Source: Antedon mediterranea (lineage: Eukaryota; Animalia; Echinodermata). From it: a stretch of DNA of 64,000 bases. Below, one piece after another: positions 27,101 to 40,300 of this stretch. Positions within the stretch are counted from its first letter, which is position 1; each line of letters opens with the position of its first letter. Made by a program: the position numbers and the translations under genes. The notes under the pieces are model-generated. The model was given only the letters and a program-made list of their open reading frames with translations, made no database searches and had not been told where the DNA came from. Location: positions 1,044,201 to 1,108,200 of the forward strand of contig NC_092670.1 of NCBI RefSeq assembly GCF_964355755.1, read 5' to 3'.

Positions 27101-30100
27101 CACACAAATGTTTACAGGAAGTTCAACACCACAACCGATGATTTGCCCTAAATATTTAGGTAGACTACAGTTTAATTTTTCACTGAATAGGAGCTTGAAT
27201 TTCCGATTTCCATTTCGCAGAATGTCTAGGTCTATTTATTTAGTTTGGTTCTTATAATATATAAATACAATCAACTTTATTACTGCGGTTCCATCACCAC
27301 CACAACGTGCCGCCGCCCAATTCCCGTACATACATTTCCATTTCTCCCTAATTTCTTTAATCCACATAAATTAATTGTCCTTTATGGAATCCAGTATTGG
27401 TTTTGTTGTCTCTATTTCTGAATACCCCAATTAGGGGGACACTTCCGTTTTTGTTTAGTGTCCCAACAAAGTCCCCGTCCGTGGATTCTACTGTATTCGA
27501 GAACCATCTGTGAGCACCCCTAGATGGTACGCGAGCGAAGCGAGCGTGCCATCTAGTGATAGTAATGATAGTAATGATAGTAATGATAGTAATGATAGTA
27601 ATGATAGTAATGATAGTAATGATAGTAATGATAGTAATGATAATAATGATAGTAATGATAGTAATGATAGTAATGATAGTAATGATAGTAATGATAGTAA
27701 TGATAGTAATGATAGTAATGATAGTAATGATAGTAATGATAGTAATGATAGTAATGATAGTAATGATAATAATGATAGTAATGATAGTAATGATAGTAAT
27801 GATAGTAATGATAGTAATGATAGTAATGATAGTAATGATAGTAATGATAATAATGATAATAATGATAGTAATGATAGTAATGATAGTAATGATAGTAATG
27901 ATAGTAATGATAGTAATGATAGTAATGATAGTAATGATAGTAATGATAGTAATGATAGTAATGATAATAATGATAGTAATGATAGTAATGATAGTAATGA
28001 TAGTAATGATAGTAATGATAGTAATGATAGTAATGATAATAATGATAGTAATGATAATAATGATAGTAATGATAGTAATGATAGTAATGATAGTAATGAT
28101 AGTAATGATAGTAATGATAGTAATGATAATAATGATAGTAATGATAGTAATGATAGTAATGATAGTAATGATAGTAATGATAATAATGATAATAATGATA
28201 GTAATGATAGTAATGATAGTAATGATAGTAATGATAATAATGATAGTAATGATAATAATGATAGTAATGATAATAATGATAGTAATGATAATAATGATAG
28301 TAATGATAATAATGATAGTAAGATGATAATGATAATAATGATAGTAATGATAATAATGATAGTAATGATAAGATAAGATAAGATAAGATAACTTTTATTG
28401 ATCCTCAAAAAGGAAATTCATTGCTCGTCATAAAACAAAGAAAACACTATAAAAACAAATATAGCATAAAACCATTCATATAAAAACATCTAAAAAATTA
28501 CAATATAAAATTATCTTCTTGACTTCCTGTTGTACTGGATGATACCGGAGGGAATAAAGGATTTAGCAAATCGATTTGTTTTCACACTGAGGAGCCTCAA
28601 TCTACCACTTGGATTAAGTTGGTCTATGATCACTTTGTGGAGAGGATGAGAGGCATCCGACTCAATGCGTTCGAAATCTTTCTGGAGGTGTTCTAGGTGC
28701 ACATCGGTAAAGGAAGGCAGTTCCAGACCAATCATTTTACCAGCCCGACGGATGAAAGTTTCAAGGCGTCCTTTATTCCCTCCGGTAACATTACCAGCCC
28801 AACAGGAGAGGCAATACGTCCAAACACTACATATAACGGATCTATAGAACGAAAGTAACATCAAATCACAGGAGTTAAATTTATATAAAGTTCTCATACA
28901 ATACATTCTGGGACTTAATTTTTTGCTGATGAAGTCTATATGGTCTCCCCAACTCAGTTTATCATTGAAAACAATTCCTAGATACTTGTACTGGTCAACA
29001 ATTTCAATTTCTTTACCTTTGATAGTGATTGGTTGAAAATTAAATTTATGTTTAGTCCTAAAATCAATGATCATCTCCTTTGTTTTTGATGCATTTATTT
29101 GGAGATAATTATCGTCACAAAATTTAACAAATCTTTGTATTTCGCTACGATAATTTTCATCATTGTTTGAAACTATGAGACCAATAGTACTAGTGTCATC
29201 AGCGAATTTAACAACGGGGCAAAGCTCATCATTTAAAGATCTGTAATCCGTCGTATACAAGGAATATAATTTAGGTGCGTTGACAGTACCCTGAGGAACA
29301 CCGGTGTCAGAGGTTACGATTTCTGACTTAACACCATTAATATTAACAAATTGTTTTCTATCACAAATGAAATTTAAAACTAAACGAACAATCGGACAGG
29401 GAAACTCCATATTCAACATTTTGTCTGCTAAGATATGGGGTTGTATGGTATTAAACGCAGATTGAAAATCAAAATACATAATACGTGCCGAGTGGCCTTT
29501 CTTTACATTATCTAGATGTGAATACAATTTATGTAATTTAAAATAAATCGCATCACTGGTACTACGGAGTGATCGGTAAGCAAATTGCAACGGGTCTAAC
29601 ACTTTTTCAGCATAAGGTTGCATAATTTTTAAAATAATACGTTCCAATATTTTCATCGCGACAGACGTGAGTGCAACGGGTCTCAAATCATTCATGCTGT
29701 TAATCTTAGGTTTCTTAGGTACCGGTATTATGCATGAAAGTTTCCAAATATCCGGGAACGCATGATAAGAAAGACACATATTGAAAATAAATGTAAATAT
29801 ACCATCAAGGTGAGGAGAGCAGACCTTAAGTACTCGTGGTGGGATTCTATCCGGCCCAGCAGCCTTCGATGAATTGAGTTTCATGAATTCGTTATGTACA
29901 TCAGAAATGCTTATACTAAATTTGGGATCATCTTCAGTCACCCGACACAAGCTAAATAGAGCCTCTCTTTCTTTTTTAAAATCATGAACATTAAAACGGT
30001 TATAAAATTCATTTAACTCATTAACATATTGCACAGTAACATTCGGAATCGAGGTGGGTGTATTACCACCGTTTGTGTAACCACTCATAAGTTTCATACC

Positions 30101-33100
30101 CTGCCAAACTTGTTTCATATTATTAGACCTGAAGTTATGTTCAACTTTTTTCCTATAAATGTTCTTCTGTTTCATTATTTCAGATTTAATCTCTCTAGTC
30201 AATATTTTCATACGATTAGAGTCGCCCATCTTAAAGGCTTTACGTTTCTCACACAACAGTAATTTAACGCCTTTCGTGATCCATGGCTTGTTGTTAGGGT
30301 AGATTTTCACTTTTTTAACTGGAACGCATTTATCAATACAAAAGTTTATGTACGAGCTCACTGCATAAGTAATACTATTCAAATCTTCATCCTCCGTAAA
30401 AATATCCCAATCGGTAGATTCAAATTCCGCTATCAGGGCTTCCTCGGCTTCAGGAGACCATTTACGTACATTAATAATTTTTGGTTGGCATGTCTTATTT
30501 AACGGGCGATATTTAGGACTGAGTAAAATCAAATTATGATCAGATTTGCCCAAGTTCGGTAGTGGGGTCGAAATATAGGCATCCTTCACACTAGAGTAGC
30601 ATAAATCAAGAATCGCGTTGTCCCTCGTTTTACATGTAACATGCTGATAATAAGTGGCCGTTGTTTTCTTGAGCTTGCATCTGTTGAAATCGCCATTGAT
30701 AATTACAAGCGCCTCAGGGTGACTACACTCAATACCTTCGATAATTTCTGCGATCTCATTTATAGCAGGCTTTTCAAGCTTTTTGTTAGGTATGTATACC
30801 ATAACATTGATAACATGCGAGAACTCTCTCGGAAGATAGTAGGGGCGAATACCAACAACCAGCACTTCCGAGTGTGGCGAACATTTATGAAGCTTAAAGC
30901 CCCATTCCCTACGTTTTTTAGATCTAATTTAAGATCACAAACTATATTTAATGTAAAAATAATACTATATGGTCCTATTGCGATAACTTTTTTCGTCTTT
31001 AAACGGTTAAAAATGTGAAAAATAAGCCGATTCTAATAATTATAGCGGCCCGCTATAAATCCCAAAATGCATTGCGCGCGGATTGATATTTTTGTTTTTC
31101 ACCTGTAATTCGCCCACTTTTCGATCGATCGTGAGGCCAAAACAAATGGAAGACTCCTAACTTTTCAGCGAAAATACCGGGTTTTCCCCAATTTGTATCA
31201 ACGGAGTCTGGCAAAAATAGAAAGACAATTAATGCAGCAACTATACAACGTCAGGATAGGTATATAGCTCGCGTACGATGTTCGTACGTTACCGATGTTT
31301 ACCAGCTAGGCCTACAAAACTAAGCCTAGCTAGGCTAGGCCTAAGACCGTCCACGAGAGGTCGATCGCCGCGAGCTACTTAGGTAGTGCATTGTTTCTCA
31401 CTTTTTATCATAATTTACCATAAAACGTACATTTAAGACAAGGAATGACATGGTTTAATGTTTTTAAAGTGATATATATGTATTATTTTCCAAAAAACGT
31501 CCAAAATTGCAGGGAAGGGGTCTTTAAGCGTAGAGTTATTTGGATGACAGTATTTCTCATTAATGTAGAGGCAAAGACCACCACCGCCATCTTTGTTCGC
31601 TTCGGCTGTACGATCCCCACGAACAGATTTAAAGCCAACTACTTGAATATGTTGATCGCTATGCTTATCGCTCAGGTAGGTTTCCGTGAATGCAAGTAAG
31701 CTGGCATTCCTAAAATCGCTGAAGTGTTCGACGTTTGCTCTGAGTAAATCGACTTTGTTATTCAAAGATCTTACATTTCCAAATATTAAAGATGGTATAA
31801 AAGGCTTACATTTCCTTCGTTGTAGTCGCTTTCTGACCCCACCAGCCTTGCCCCTTTTCCGAAGCCTGCGACGTTGTATCTCAGATGGTAATTCAACGTG
31901 TGCCGGTAGCGGTGAGGTCGACCTCTCGCCCATGGAATGCAAATCAGATGACGTGTACGCAATTCCACCGCCCGGCTTACTCAATCCACACAGTAAGAAC
32001 AGCCAAAATATCAGCAAAAAATACAGAAATTTCAAAACTTTCACATACAACATAATGTATAAATCAAATGACTTCTTCCACAATACAATACAGTCCAAAT
32101 ATACGAAAATAACGTCAAAAAATGAGTGACAATAGTGAGACAATGAGACGAGCTGTGTCGCCGTGTTGCACAGCGCCATTATTATAATGATAATAATGAT
32201 AGTAATGATAATAATGATAGTAATGATAATAATGATAGTAATGATAGTAATGATAATAATGATAATAATGATAGTAATGATAATAATGATAGTAATGATA
32301 ATAATGATAGTAATGATAATAACAAAGATACAATTATTAATACTAATACTTTTCAAATAACATTATAATATTATTATTGTTTTTAACCTTTTATTTTCTA
32401 AAAACAGGAATATAAAAAGTACGTATATACACAATATTGACAAAACTCAAATCTTATTCAATTACATCATTCATGATGCATCCACTGAGGCCCCTGGTTT
32501 AGGAACCCCAAGCTCCGGGGCTCCTGGATTTAGCTAGTGTCGAATTGTTAAAGACCTGGAGGGTGAATTATTTCCATGATTCTTACCATAAGGTCCTGTA
32601 TCTAGTTCTTCCTCCCAATTTTCAAGATCAGTCCCCCGTTCTTCCTCCCAATTTTCAGTATCCACTGTGTCGCAAGTTGATGTCGTTTGTTCATCATTAT
32701 CATCTTTAAAAATAACATAGACATCATTAATCCAAATGATGCATGATTCTCCTGATATTACTCTTTATTCAAAATTCTACAAAGGTGTATAAAATGGGTA
32801 GCGGTTCGATCAAGACACAACTTTGTGCTGATTACTAGCTGCATTATTATGGGGGTACGTTTCCATACATGTTTGATCCAAAAAAATGGCTGTGATAATA
32901 ATGTGCAGTGCATTGAGAGATTGCTTATATGCGCTATATAAGAATGAACCATTATTATTATTTTTTTTTTTTATTCAGTCAAAACCAACAGCGATAAATA
33001 CCGCCACTAACAGGTTTGAAACATAAACAATACAACATCAAAAACGGTTAACAATAAAATACAGATAAAATATATATATATTCATCTGCATATCAAGCAG

Positions 33101-36100
33101 GCGGTCCGAGTTCGAGTCTCGGTTGGGGCGACTTTTTCTCATTCTCACAGATTTCCTCATCTTTATCGTTTCAAATTAATTAATTAAATTTCAGTATATT
33201 ACCGGGCGGTTTAGAATTAATGTTCGTTGCCTGATTTGTTTATATATATATATATATATATAACATAGATCGGCATGCCATAAACAATTTCAAATTTATA
33301 TTATAAAAGGAATATGCAATAAATGTCTATTTCGTGTACAACCAGGGACATTTAAACTAAATAGTGAAATTAATAAACAGTCATATTTAGAATTTAAAAT
33401 ATTATATAAAAAAACCATATCAGATATCGTTCGACGATTGCTGACAGAATCAATGGAAAAGGCAAAATTAACACAGTTATAAGACAGGAATCGTACAAAC
33501 TTCCGTTGAATATGTAAAAAGTGTAATTATTACCACTGTAGCTAATATGATAATGTTCATCCTCTGACTCATAATCAGAATATTCATCTGATTTCTTGTC
33601 ATCGTCATCCTCCCTTCTTTCCGTGTTTAATTCATCTTGATCAGTTTGTTCCAACAACTGTCTGATCCATGTGGATTCAGTCTTGTCTTCCTCCTCACTT
33701 TCTGGACTTTTGTCACTTTGAAAAGTAACCTGGAAAAAACGAGATAAAACCATCAAGAATCAAGATTCTAAAGAGCTATAAATTTACCTTTCCTTTGGCA
33801 ATAGAGAATTATATATAAAACTAGAGATACTATGTTGAATAGAACATGAACCCAGTCAGATAAATTTTGATCAAGTTTAACTCCTCAATGTGGTAACTAA
33901 ATTACAAAACTGCTGAATTGTATCAATATACGTTTATCCAAGAGGCTCCTTAATTATTTGTAGTGCTTTTTAAAGATACTTTAAGTGGACACCTTTGGGT
34001 CCCAACAAATTGTCCAATTAATAGCACCATCTACTGAATAGTAGTTAATTCATTTTTGACCACATGAAAAGTGTCTTTTAACAGGGGGAGGGAAGCTATG
34101 TAACAACAATAATGATGGAATGAATGATGTTAAGCTCCGTCTACACTAATCAATCACTAGTTTGACAAAAAAGTGTGATGTTGGCCAAATATGGTAGTGA
34201 AATACCCAAATATGGTAGTGATATGACATCATCATGTCCATGGGCACATTACATTTTGTTGTCACATAAAGTTGGAGTGTAGACAGAGCTTTACGAATGA
34301 GTGAATGTTGCATCATCATAACCTGTTGAATGACAGGATCATAGTGGTCAGCTCTCTTCTTCCCTCGCCAATTGTTAGAAAAGTCTGGATTGCGTTCAGC
34401 ATACTTATTTCCACGGAAAATCTTGGGAATTTCACTTATTGAAATATCGATACTATTCTGAAAAAAAATAATACAAAGTTCACATTTGAGAAGAACACCG
34501 ATTGCCAGACTCATTTTCATCCTCGGAGTAGTTGATCCCACCATAATGTAAACATTTATATCATTAAGTATGGCTTACAATCAGTAGGCAAAAGGAGTTG
34601 AGTAAAACGGAAAGATACAGAGTATACAATGTACAGTACCTCATCAATATCCAAGCCTATAAGCTTGTTCATCACGCTGATACAGGTTGGAATGGCAGTG
34701 AGTTTATTGCGAAACAGGTCAAGATATTGTAAATCTACAAGCATGTCAAATGACACCGGAAGCTCTGAAATCTGAAAAGTTTGAGAAGACTTAGTCAAGT
34801 ACTGTACGATAATATACTGGAGTAATTTTAATTTCTAAGCTAAAACACCAGATAATAAGTTTGTATTTTAATTATATACAGTTATAAAAATGAAAGAATG
34901 TTTAAAATAATGATTAATACAAGTATTACTAATAATAATATCAACAAATTCCATTCTATTTATCTCTAGTGTTTTATATCTACAGTATGATGTTACCTCA
35001 TTGTTATCAAGTCGCAGTTCTCTCAGCGCTTGAAGTTCTCCAAATCTTTCAGGCAGCTTTGTTAAATGATTTTGCGAAAATAAGCACTTTCTTAAATTGT
35101 GTAAATTAACAAAACTATCTGGTATTTCACAAATCATGTTCTGACACAAGTCAACATCTTGCAAATTACAGAGGCACCCGAAATCTTTTGGTAAGGAAAA
35201 CAACCTGTTTTCATCAAGGTGTAGCTCTTTTAAAGACTTAAGATTACCAAAGAGTTCTGGAAGCTTTGGAATCCAGTTACCATTCTGAAAGCCACGCCTC
35301 TCTAATTCTCCAATAACACTACCTAAATGTACGTACTCCAAATTGACAAGACAACCAAATGAGGATGGAAGATCTGTTATAGAGTTGCCAGCAAAGTCAA
35401 ATCTTTTCAATTTTACGCTAGTCTCTCCAAAGGTGTCAGCTAGAGGGCTCCCTTGTAAACAGTTGTCTCGCATCGTAAAATGAAGTAACCCTGGAAGCTT
35501 TGCAAACCAAGCTGGCAAGATACATATTCGATTGGAATCAGCATGGAGTCTTTCAAGAATAGGTGCAGACTTAAAAGTATCTGGTAATATACTAATTTGA
35601 TTATCAGAAATATCAATACATTTTAAATTTGTTAGATTTCCAAAATCTTTTGGTAAGGACTTTATTTTATTGTTAGAAATGTTTAGTATTGTTAAAAAGT
35701 TCAAATTGCTAAGACTATCTGGTATACTCTCAAGTTTGTTGAAGCAAGCCTCTAAGATTTCCAGATTCTTAACACGACCAATGTCTGCAGGCAGCGCTTT
35801 TAAAGCATTCTCATCTAAAACCAGTTTCTTTAAAGACTTTAGACAGCACACTGCAGAACTTAGTTCAATAAGATGATTGCCAATAAGATGAAGATCTTCA
35901 AGACACAACAGGTTACCTATAGAGTCTGGAAGTGTTTTTAATTTGTTCTCATTTGCGTGTAGAGTTTTTAGTCGTGTGAACTTCTTGATACTATCTGGTA
36001 AATGTTCAAGAAGGTTTCCAGATACCAAAAGGTCTTCTATATGTTCATGTTCATCAAAATCAATTTCCAAGTCAGTCAATTCTTTAAATTCAAGATCTAA

Positions 36101-36217
36101 CCTTGTGATTTTTGAATTATTATAACCATTTGTTTTGGTCAACATGTCAATCTTAACATTGGACACCGCAGTGCTGGCTCTTTTAGAGCAACCAATGGCG
36201 TCATTCATTCTGGACAT
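24122..36217 (-). CDS. Leucine-rich-repeat protein (~647 aa; SHOC2/Scribble-type LRRs) with acidic C-terminal tail
   Basis: Phase-consistent exons 36217-34997, 34771-34640, 34457-34323, 33729-33534, 32703-32587 and 24264-24122 (total 1944 nt). About 17 LxxLxLxxNxLxxLP repeats, an Asp/Glu-rich linker with two ENWEEE motifs, and C-terminus ...VCQPGQFDDVD*. No signal peptide. The last exon is inferred from phase match and a good acceptor (ttttcag). Confidence 0.8.
24280..25053. repeat. (AATGATAGT/AATGATAAT)n microsatellite, block 1
   Basis: Directly visible 9-bp periodicity. Confidence 0.98.
25054..27556 (+). mobile_element. Non-autonomous Helitron
   Basis: Starts TCTATATATA, ends CTAG after a GC-rich hairpin (CTAGATGGTACGC..GCGTGCCATCTAG); inserted between A and T of the microsatellite with no TSD; internal direct duplications (~25330-25515 vs ~26090-26345). 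Confidence 0.85.
27557..28368. repeat. (AATGATAGT)n microsatellite, block 2
   Basis: Directly visible 9-bp periodicity. Confidence 0.98.
28366..32184 (-). mobile_element. Apparently full-length Rex1/Babar-like LINE (APE endonuclease + RT), interrupted by a Kolobok element
   Basis: APE motifs GNVRSL, FTETYL, GGGLCLYIN, IINGDFN, SDHN; family motif IRPYYLPREFSHV; RT motifs LRPVALTS, GVPQG, KFADD, YKYLG; (TTATC)n 3' tail; 5' end begins ATGGCG. Confidence 0.92.
30898..31523. mobile_element. Non-autonomous Kolobok-like DNA transposon
   Basis: TTAA TSD (30894-30897, 31524-31527); AG...CT termini with imperfect TIR AGCCCCATTCCCTAC / GCAGGGAAGGGGTCT; excision restores the LINE reading frame. Confidence 0.85.
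32185..32322. repeat. (AATGATAGT/AATGATAAT)n microsatellite, block 3
   Basis: Same unit as blocks 1 and 2. Confidence 0.97.
33082..33262 (+). repeat. Partial copy of the tRNA-carrying, (TA)n-flanked dispersed repeat
   Basis: Reverse-complement match to ~52005-52170; bounded by (TA)n on both sides. Confidence 0.85.
34133..34290. mobile_element. Harbinger-type MITE, copy 4
   Basis: TTA|AGCTCCGTCTACACT...AGTGTAGACAGAGCT|TTA. Confidence 0.8.
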
Positions 36218-37307
36218 CAGAAAAGTGCACTGCTACAGTAGTTGTTGTGGTTGCCAATTGTCAATTTCACTCTCTACCATTCACTCACTTCATTTCTGCA
36301 AAAGCAAATACATAACTAGTACTACTAGTATTCAATTATTATTAAATTATGGCCAATTTTAACAATTTCATTGTTTGCTCATTATTTCTGTTTACCGCTG
36401 TGTCCAAGCAAGATGCCGGTGTATCCAACATACCAACTTTATATTATTAAAATAGACCTCGCGCCGCTAACCCTTTATTTTAGGATAGGGCTATAGGTGA
36501 CTACTACCTAGCTAGCCCTGTAACTGGACATCTCTATCTATCCAGGGAGTTGTATTATTATTTTACAACTCTCTGATCTATCTAGCGTACTAACTAACTA
36601 GGCCTAGGCTAGTAGTAGTAGTAGTAGGCGCTAGGCCTCTACTCCTCCTACTGGAGGCCTACCGTATACTGTAATATAGTAATACTATTAAATTAGGACT
36701 ACTCTCCTACTACTATGTAGGTAGGCCTGGGTATGTAGGGTGGACTAACTCTGCTCGAATAACAAGAATAATTCGGTGACTATATACAAACATCATAAAT
36801 AAATAAATATTCTATTTTTACCAAACAACCGGCATCAAAATACCACAACAACACCACACACACACACACCAACCATGGAGGTATAAAACATGCACCAACC
36901 GACCACATGGGCGGCGCCCTGCGACTTTTGTTAAGATTCAATTCTCGCATTAAATAAAACTTTTTTTCCACACGTTCACCAACTTTCCAACAGTAGGCCT
37001 ATCTCCGTCATGTTTCAATATTTATATTGAGCACTCACAAGACTGTGCTTTATTGTTGCTAATTATGTATTATTACAGGACATACCGTAGTTGTCATTCA
37101 TAACATAGATAAGAACAGGATTCCGACAAATCTGTCTTTATCATTAATTTATAAACAAACAAGTTACTTATCTCGTTCTGACAACCTTTGGGCTGAAATA
37201 TTGATTATAAGTGCATTAACTTATTTGCTAAAGTAGTACCAACTGAAAACACTTGCTAGGCCGAATAATTTCGACGATAAATATTACTGCTACAAATTTT
37301 CAGAATT

Positions 37308-40300
37308 ATGGCAAGGGACAGAGGATACTTCTTGCTTTTAGTGATTGTGTGTTCCTTTTGGAAAACAAATTCAGGTATTTATCAGCAAACAAGCATGTAG
37401 GCCTACACGAATAAAATTAATCAGTATCAAATGAATGATTAGGCCTATGTGAGTTGAATGAGGAATGCAATGCATTGAACTATTGACTGTTCTATTGAAC
37501 GAGGCGGAAAACAGTCATTCTTTCTACTCATGCAATGTTCTCTCCATTCACACAAACATAAACGTCATTTTAATAATGCACAGCAAGGAAGTTTTTCGAT
37601 TTTTATATATAGGAAGACATACAGTAACAATGTCAAATGCAGTGGTGGCGCCAGCGGGGGGGGGGGGGGGCTACGGGGGCTCTAGCCCCCTCGTCGGGGA
37701 GCCTAGCCCCCCCGTCGGGGAACACGGGTACTTTTTGTCGGGGAATATAATATACAGTAAAAAACGTTCGCGTTCACTTCATATAGCTTCAGCGTCTAGA
37801 AAACCACGACGTTCCATTGACCGTGAGAGTACGTCAGAGGGCTAATATGCACGTTTATGCATTCATTATTTCCAGCGATCTAACTTACTACTAAACATTA
37901 GCTAGGTATCCCTTTGTACGAATCGTTCAACGTTGGGTCGAGACGCGTGATATCAAGTTTCATCCAGGGACCAAAATGTGTAATGTAGTTATTTTCCAGG
38001 CGAAGTTTACCGACGGTTACCGAAGGGAACACGTGTACTTTTTGTCGGGGAATATAATATACAGTAAAAAGCGTTCGCGTTCACTTCGTAGCTAGCTCCA
38101 GCGCCTAGAAAACCGCGACGTTTCATTGACCGTGAGAGTACGTCAGAGTGATATTATGCACTTTATATGCATTCATTATTGCCAGCGATCTAACTTACTA
38201 CTAAACAATAGCTAGGTACGCACTTGTCTGGCGGTATCCCTTTGTACGAATCGTTCAACGTTGGGTCGAGACGCGTGATATCATGTTCCATCCAGGGACC
38301 AAAATGTGTACTGTAGTTATTTTCCAGGCGAAGTTTGCCGACGGTTACGTCGTGTACTGCGTCGACGTACGCTACACTACAGCAAAAACGAATTATGTTA
38401 ATTGTTCGCATGTTCACCAATTTTTTAATTTACAAGTAACCTTCTGTACCGTGGGGCACCTAAAATAAATTTTTCATCCATTACTAAACAAAAAACATGC
38501 CATTTTCGCTTAGCCAACATCTTATTATAGCTATAGTTATTACATTTTCAATATCCTGTATGTCATGAATTTCTCACCACTCGGAAATCCAGATGGTACG
38601 CATGCATACACCTGGGAGGAATAAACTTATTTCCCCGACTGAAAAAGGTCTACGCTTGCGTTTTTTAAGCCTCTAGGCCTGATGTTTCCAAAGTATAAAA
38701 TGCAATTTTTTGAAGACCTGCAGCTCTAGTTTTAAACATTTTCTTAGTTCAGCCCCAACAATAAAGCTGGTCATATTTCGAAGAACAAGAAGTACATTTT
38801 CTGGGACCTAACATCTCTATTTTTCAAACATTTCTTAGCTCAGTCACAACCATGATAGGGATTTATATATATTTTTTCATTTTTTGAAGTATAATAAGTC
38901 CAATTTCCGGGACCTCCAACTCTATTTTTCTAAATTTTCTTTGAACTTTTGTTTTTTAAATTGAAAAATATTGATTGAAACAGTCATCGCGCATCTTTTT
39001 TTGCACGCAGTATTTTATTTATGCATTATAAAAAATGGAAAAAATGGCTACCCTAAATCTGATTAAAAAGACCTCAAATGACGCTAGAACGCGTTGCTTC
39101 GGGGGGCTTCGCCCCCTGGACCCCCACCGGGGGCCCTTGGCGGCTCCTTGGCCCCCAGCCTAGTGATGCTCGCTTCGCTCGCATATAGCCCCCTCGTCGG
39201 GGAATGTAGCCCCCGGGTCGGGAAGATCCTGGCGCCACCCCTGGTCAAATGTTTAAACGTCAAGAAGGTATATATTATATCCTTAGTAAGGACCAGCTGT
39301 GCTTGGGAGATTCCCCCTTTCCATTACATTGTTTTGTAATGATTATTTATGTATGTTTATGTTTTTGTGAATGGAAATAAAGAAACAAACAAACTGTATT
39401 CTAAATGGACACTTTTCTGTGAATGTATGTTTTAATACTATACTGCCAACCTCACAGGGGACACTCTTATTTATCTGTGAATGTATGTTCTAATACTATA
39501 CTGCCAACCTCACAGGGGACACTCTTATTTATCTGTGAATGTATGTTTTAATACTATACTGCCAACCTCACAGGGGACACTCTTATTTATAAGAGGTACT
39601 TTGTGGGTCCTGAACGCGTCTCCTTTGTTATAGGAGGCGAGTTCTACGTCTGTAACTCCACTTACTATTCATTTATAGGAGCAGGCGTTGCATTTCCAAG
39701 CGGTATTGTATTTGAGCCTGTTAACCCTTCTGACGTCACGGAAGAAGACGCACTCTATTACGCTGACTCGAAGAGTACAGGCTCGGAGCTTTTTCTGACG
39801 TCACAATACGAATCACAAAAGTTGACCCTAAGTCTTAAGGTTAAAGATTTTGTAGCACCAGGCAGTCTTTACTTCAGGTCACATCCGACTTTGTTTGAAT
39901 GTCTTCAGAAAGTGAATACTAATGTTTCAGAGACAGGGAGGGTAAGTATCTTAGATAATTCATTTTGTGTAACTGCTTGTCATTATTCGCATTCATATTT
40001 GATTTTGACATTTTTATTAAAGTTAAATAGTCAAAACTTTATTTTACCCGATGTTCTAAGAGGATATACTTACTACAAGAGATATTAGGCCTATTAGCAA
40101 GACATACCTGCTAGTTTTGTAAATCTTCTTTCGCAAACTTGGTTAGGAACCATTTTAAGAGTTTGAAGTGACGTGATACTGACGACACAATCCTATTTGC
40201 ACAGATTACGATAGTGAATGGCTACAATCCTGATGGAAGGACCTTAGAAAGAAACGAAAAAACCCTTTACTTGGCATCAGGTGCCGGTATTGACATCAAG

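Noticed and set aside
32460-32586. Alternative LRR C-terminus by read-through of exon 5
   Set aside because: The strong G|GTAAGA donor and a phase-matched distal exon are favoured; read-through gives only ~17 nondescript residues.
34868-36217. Bacterial or horizontally transferred LRR gene, suggested by the long uninterrupted ORF
   Set aside because: It continues through five further GT-AG exons; it is just a large first coding exon.
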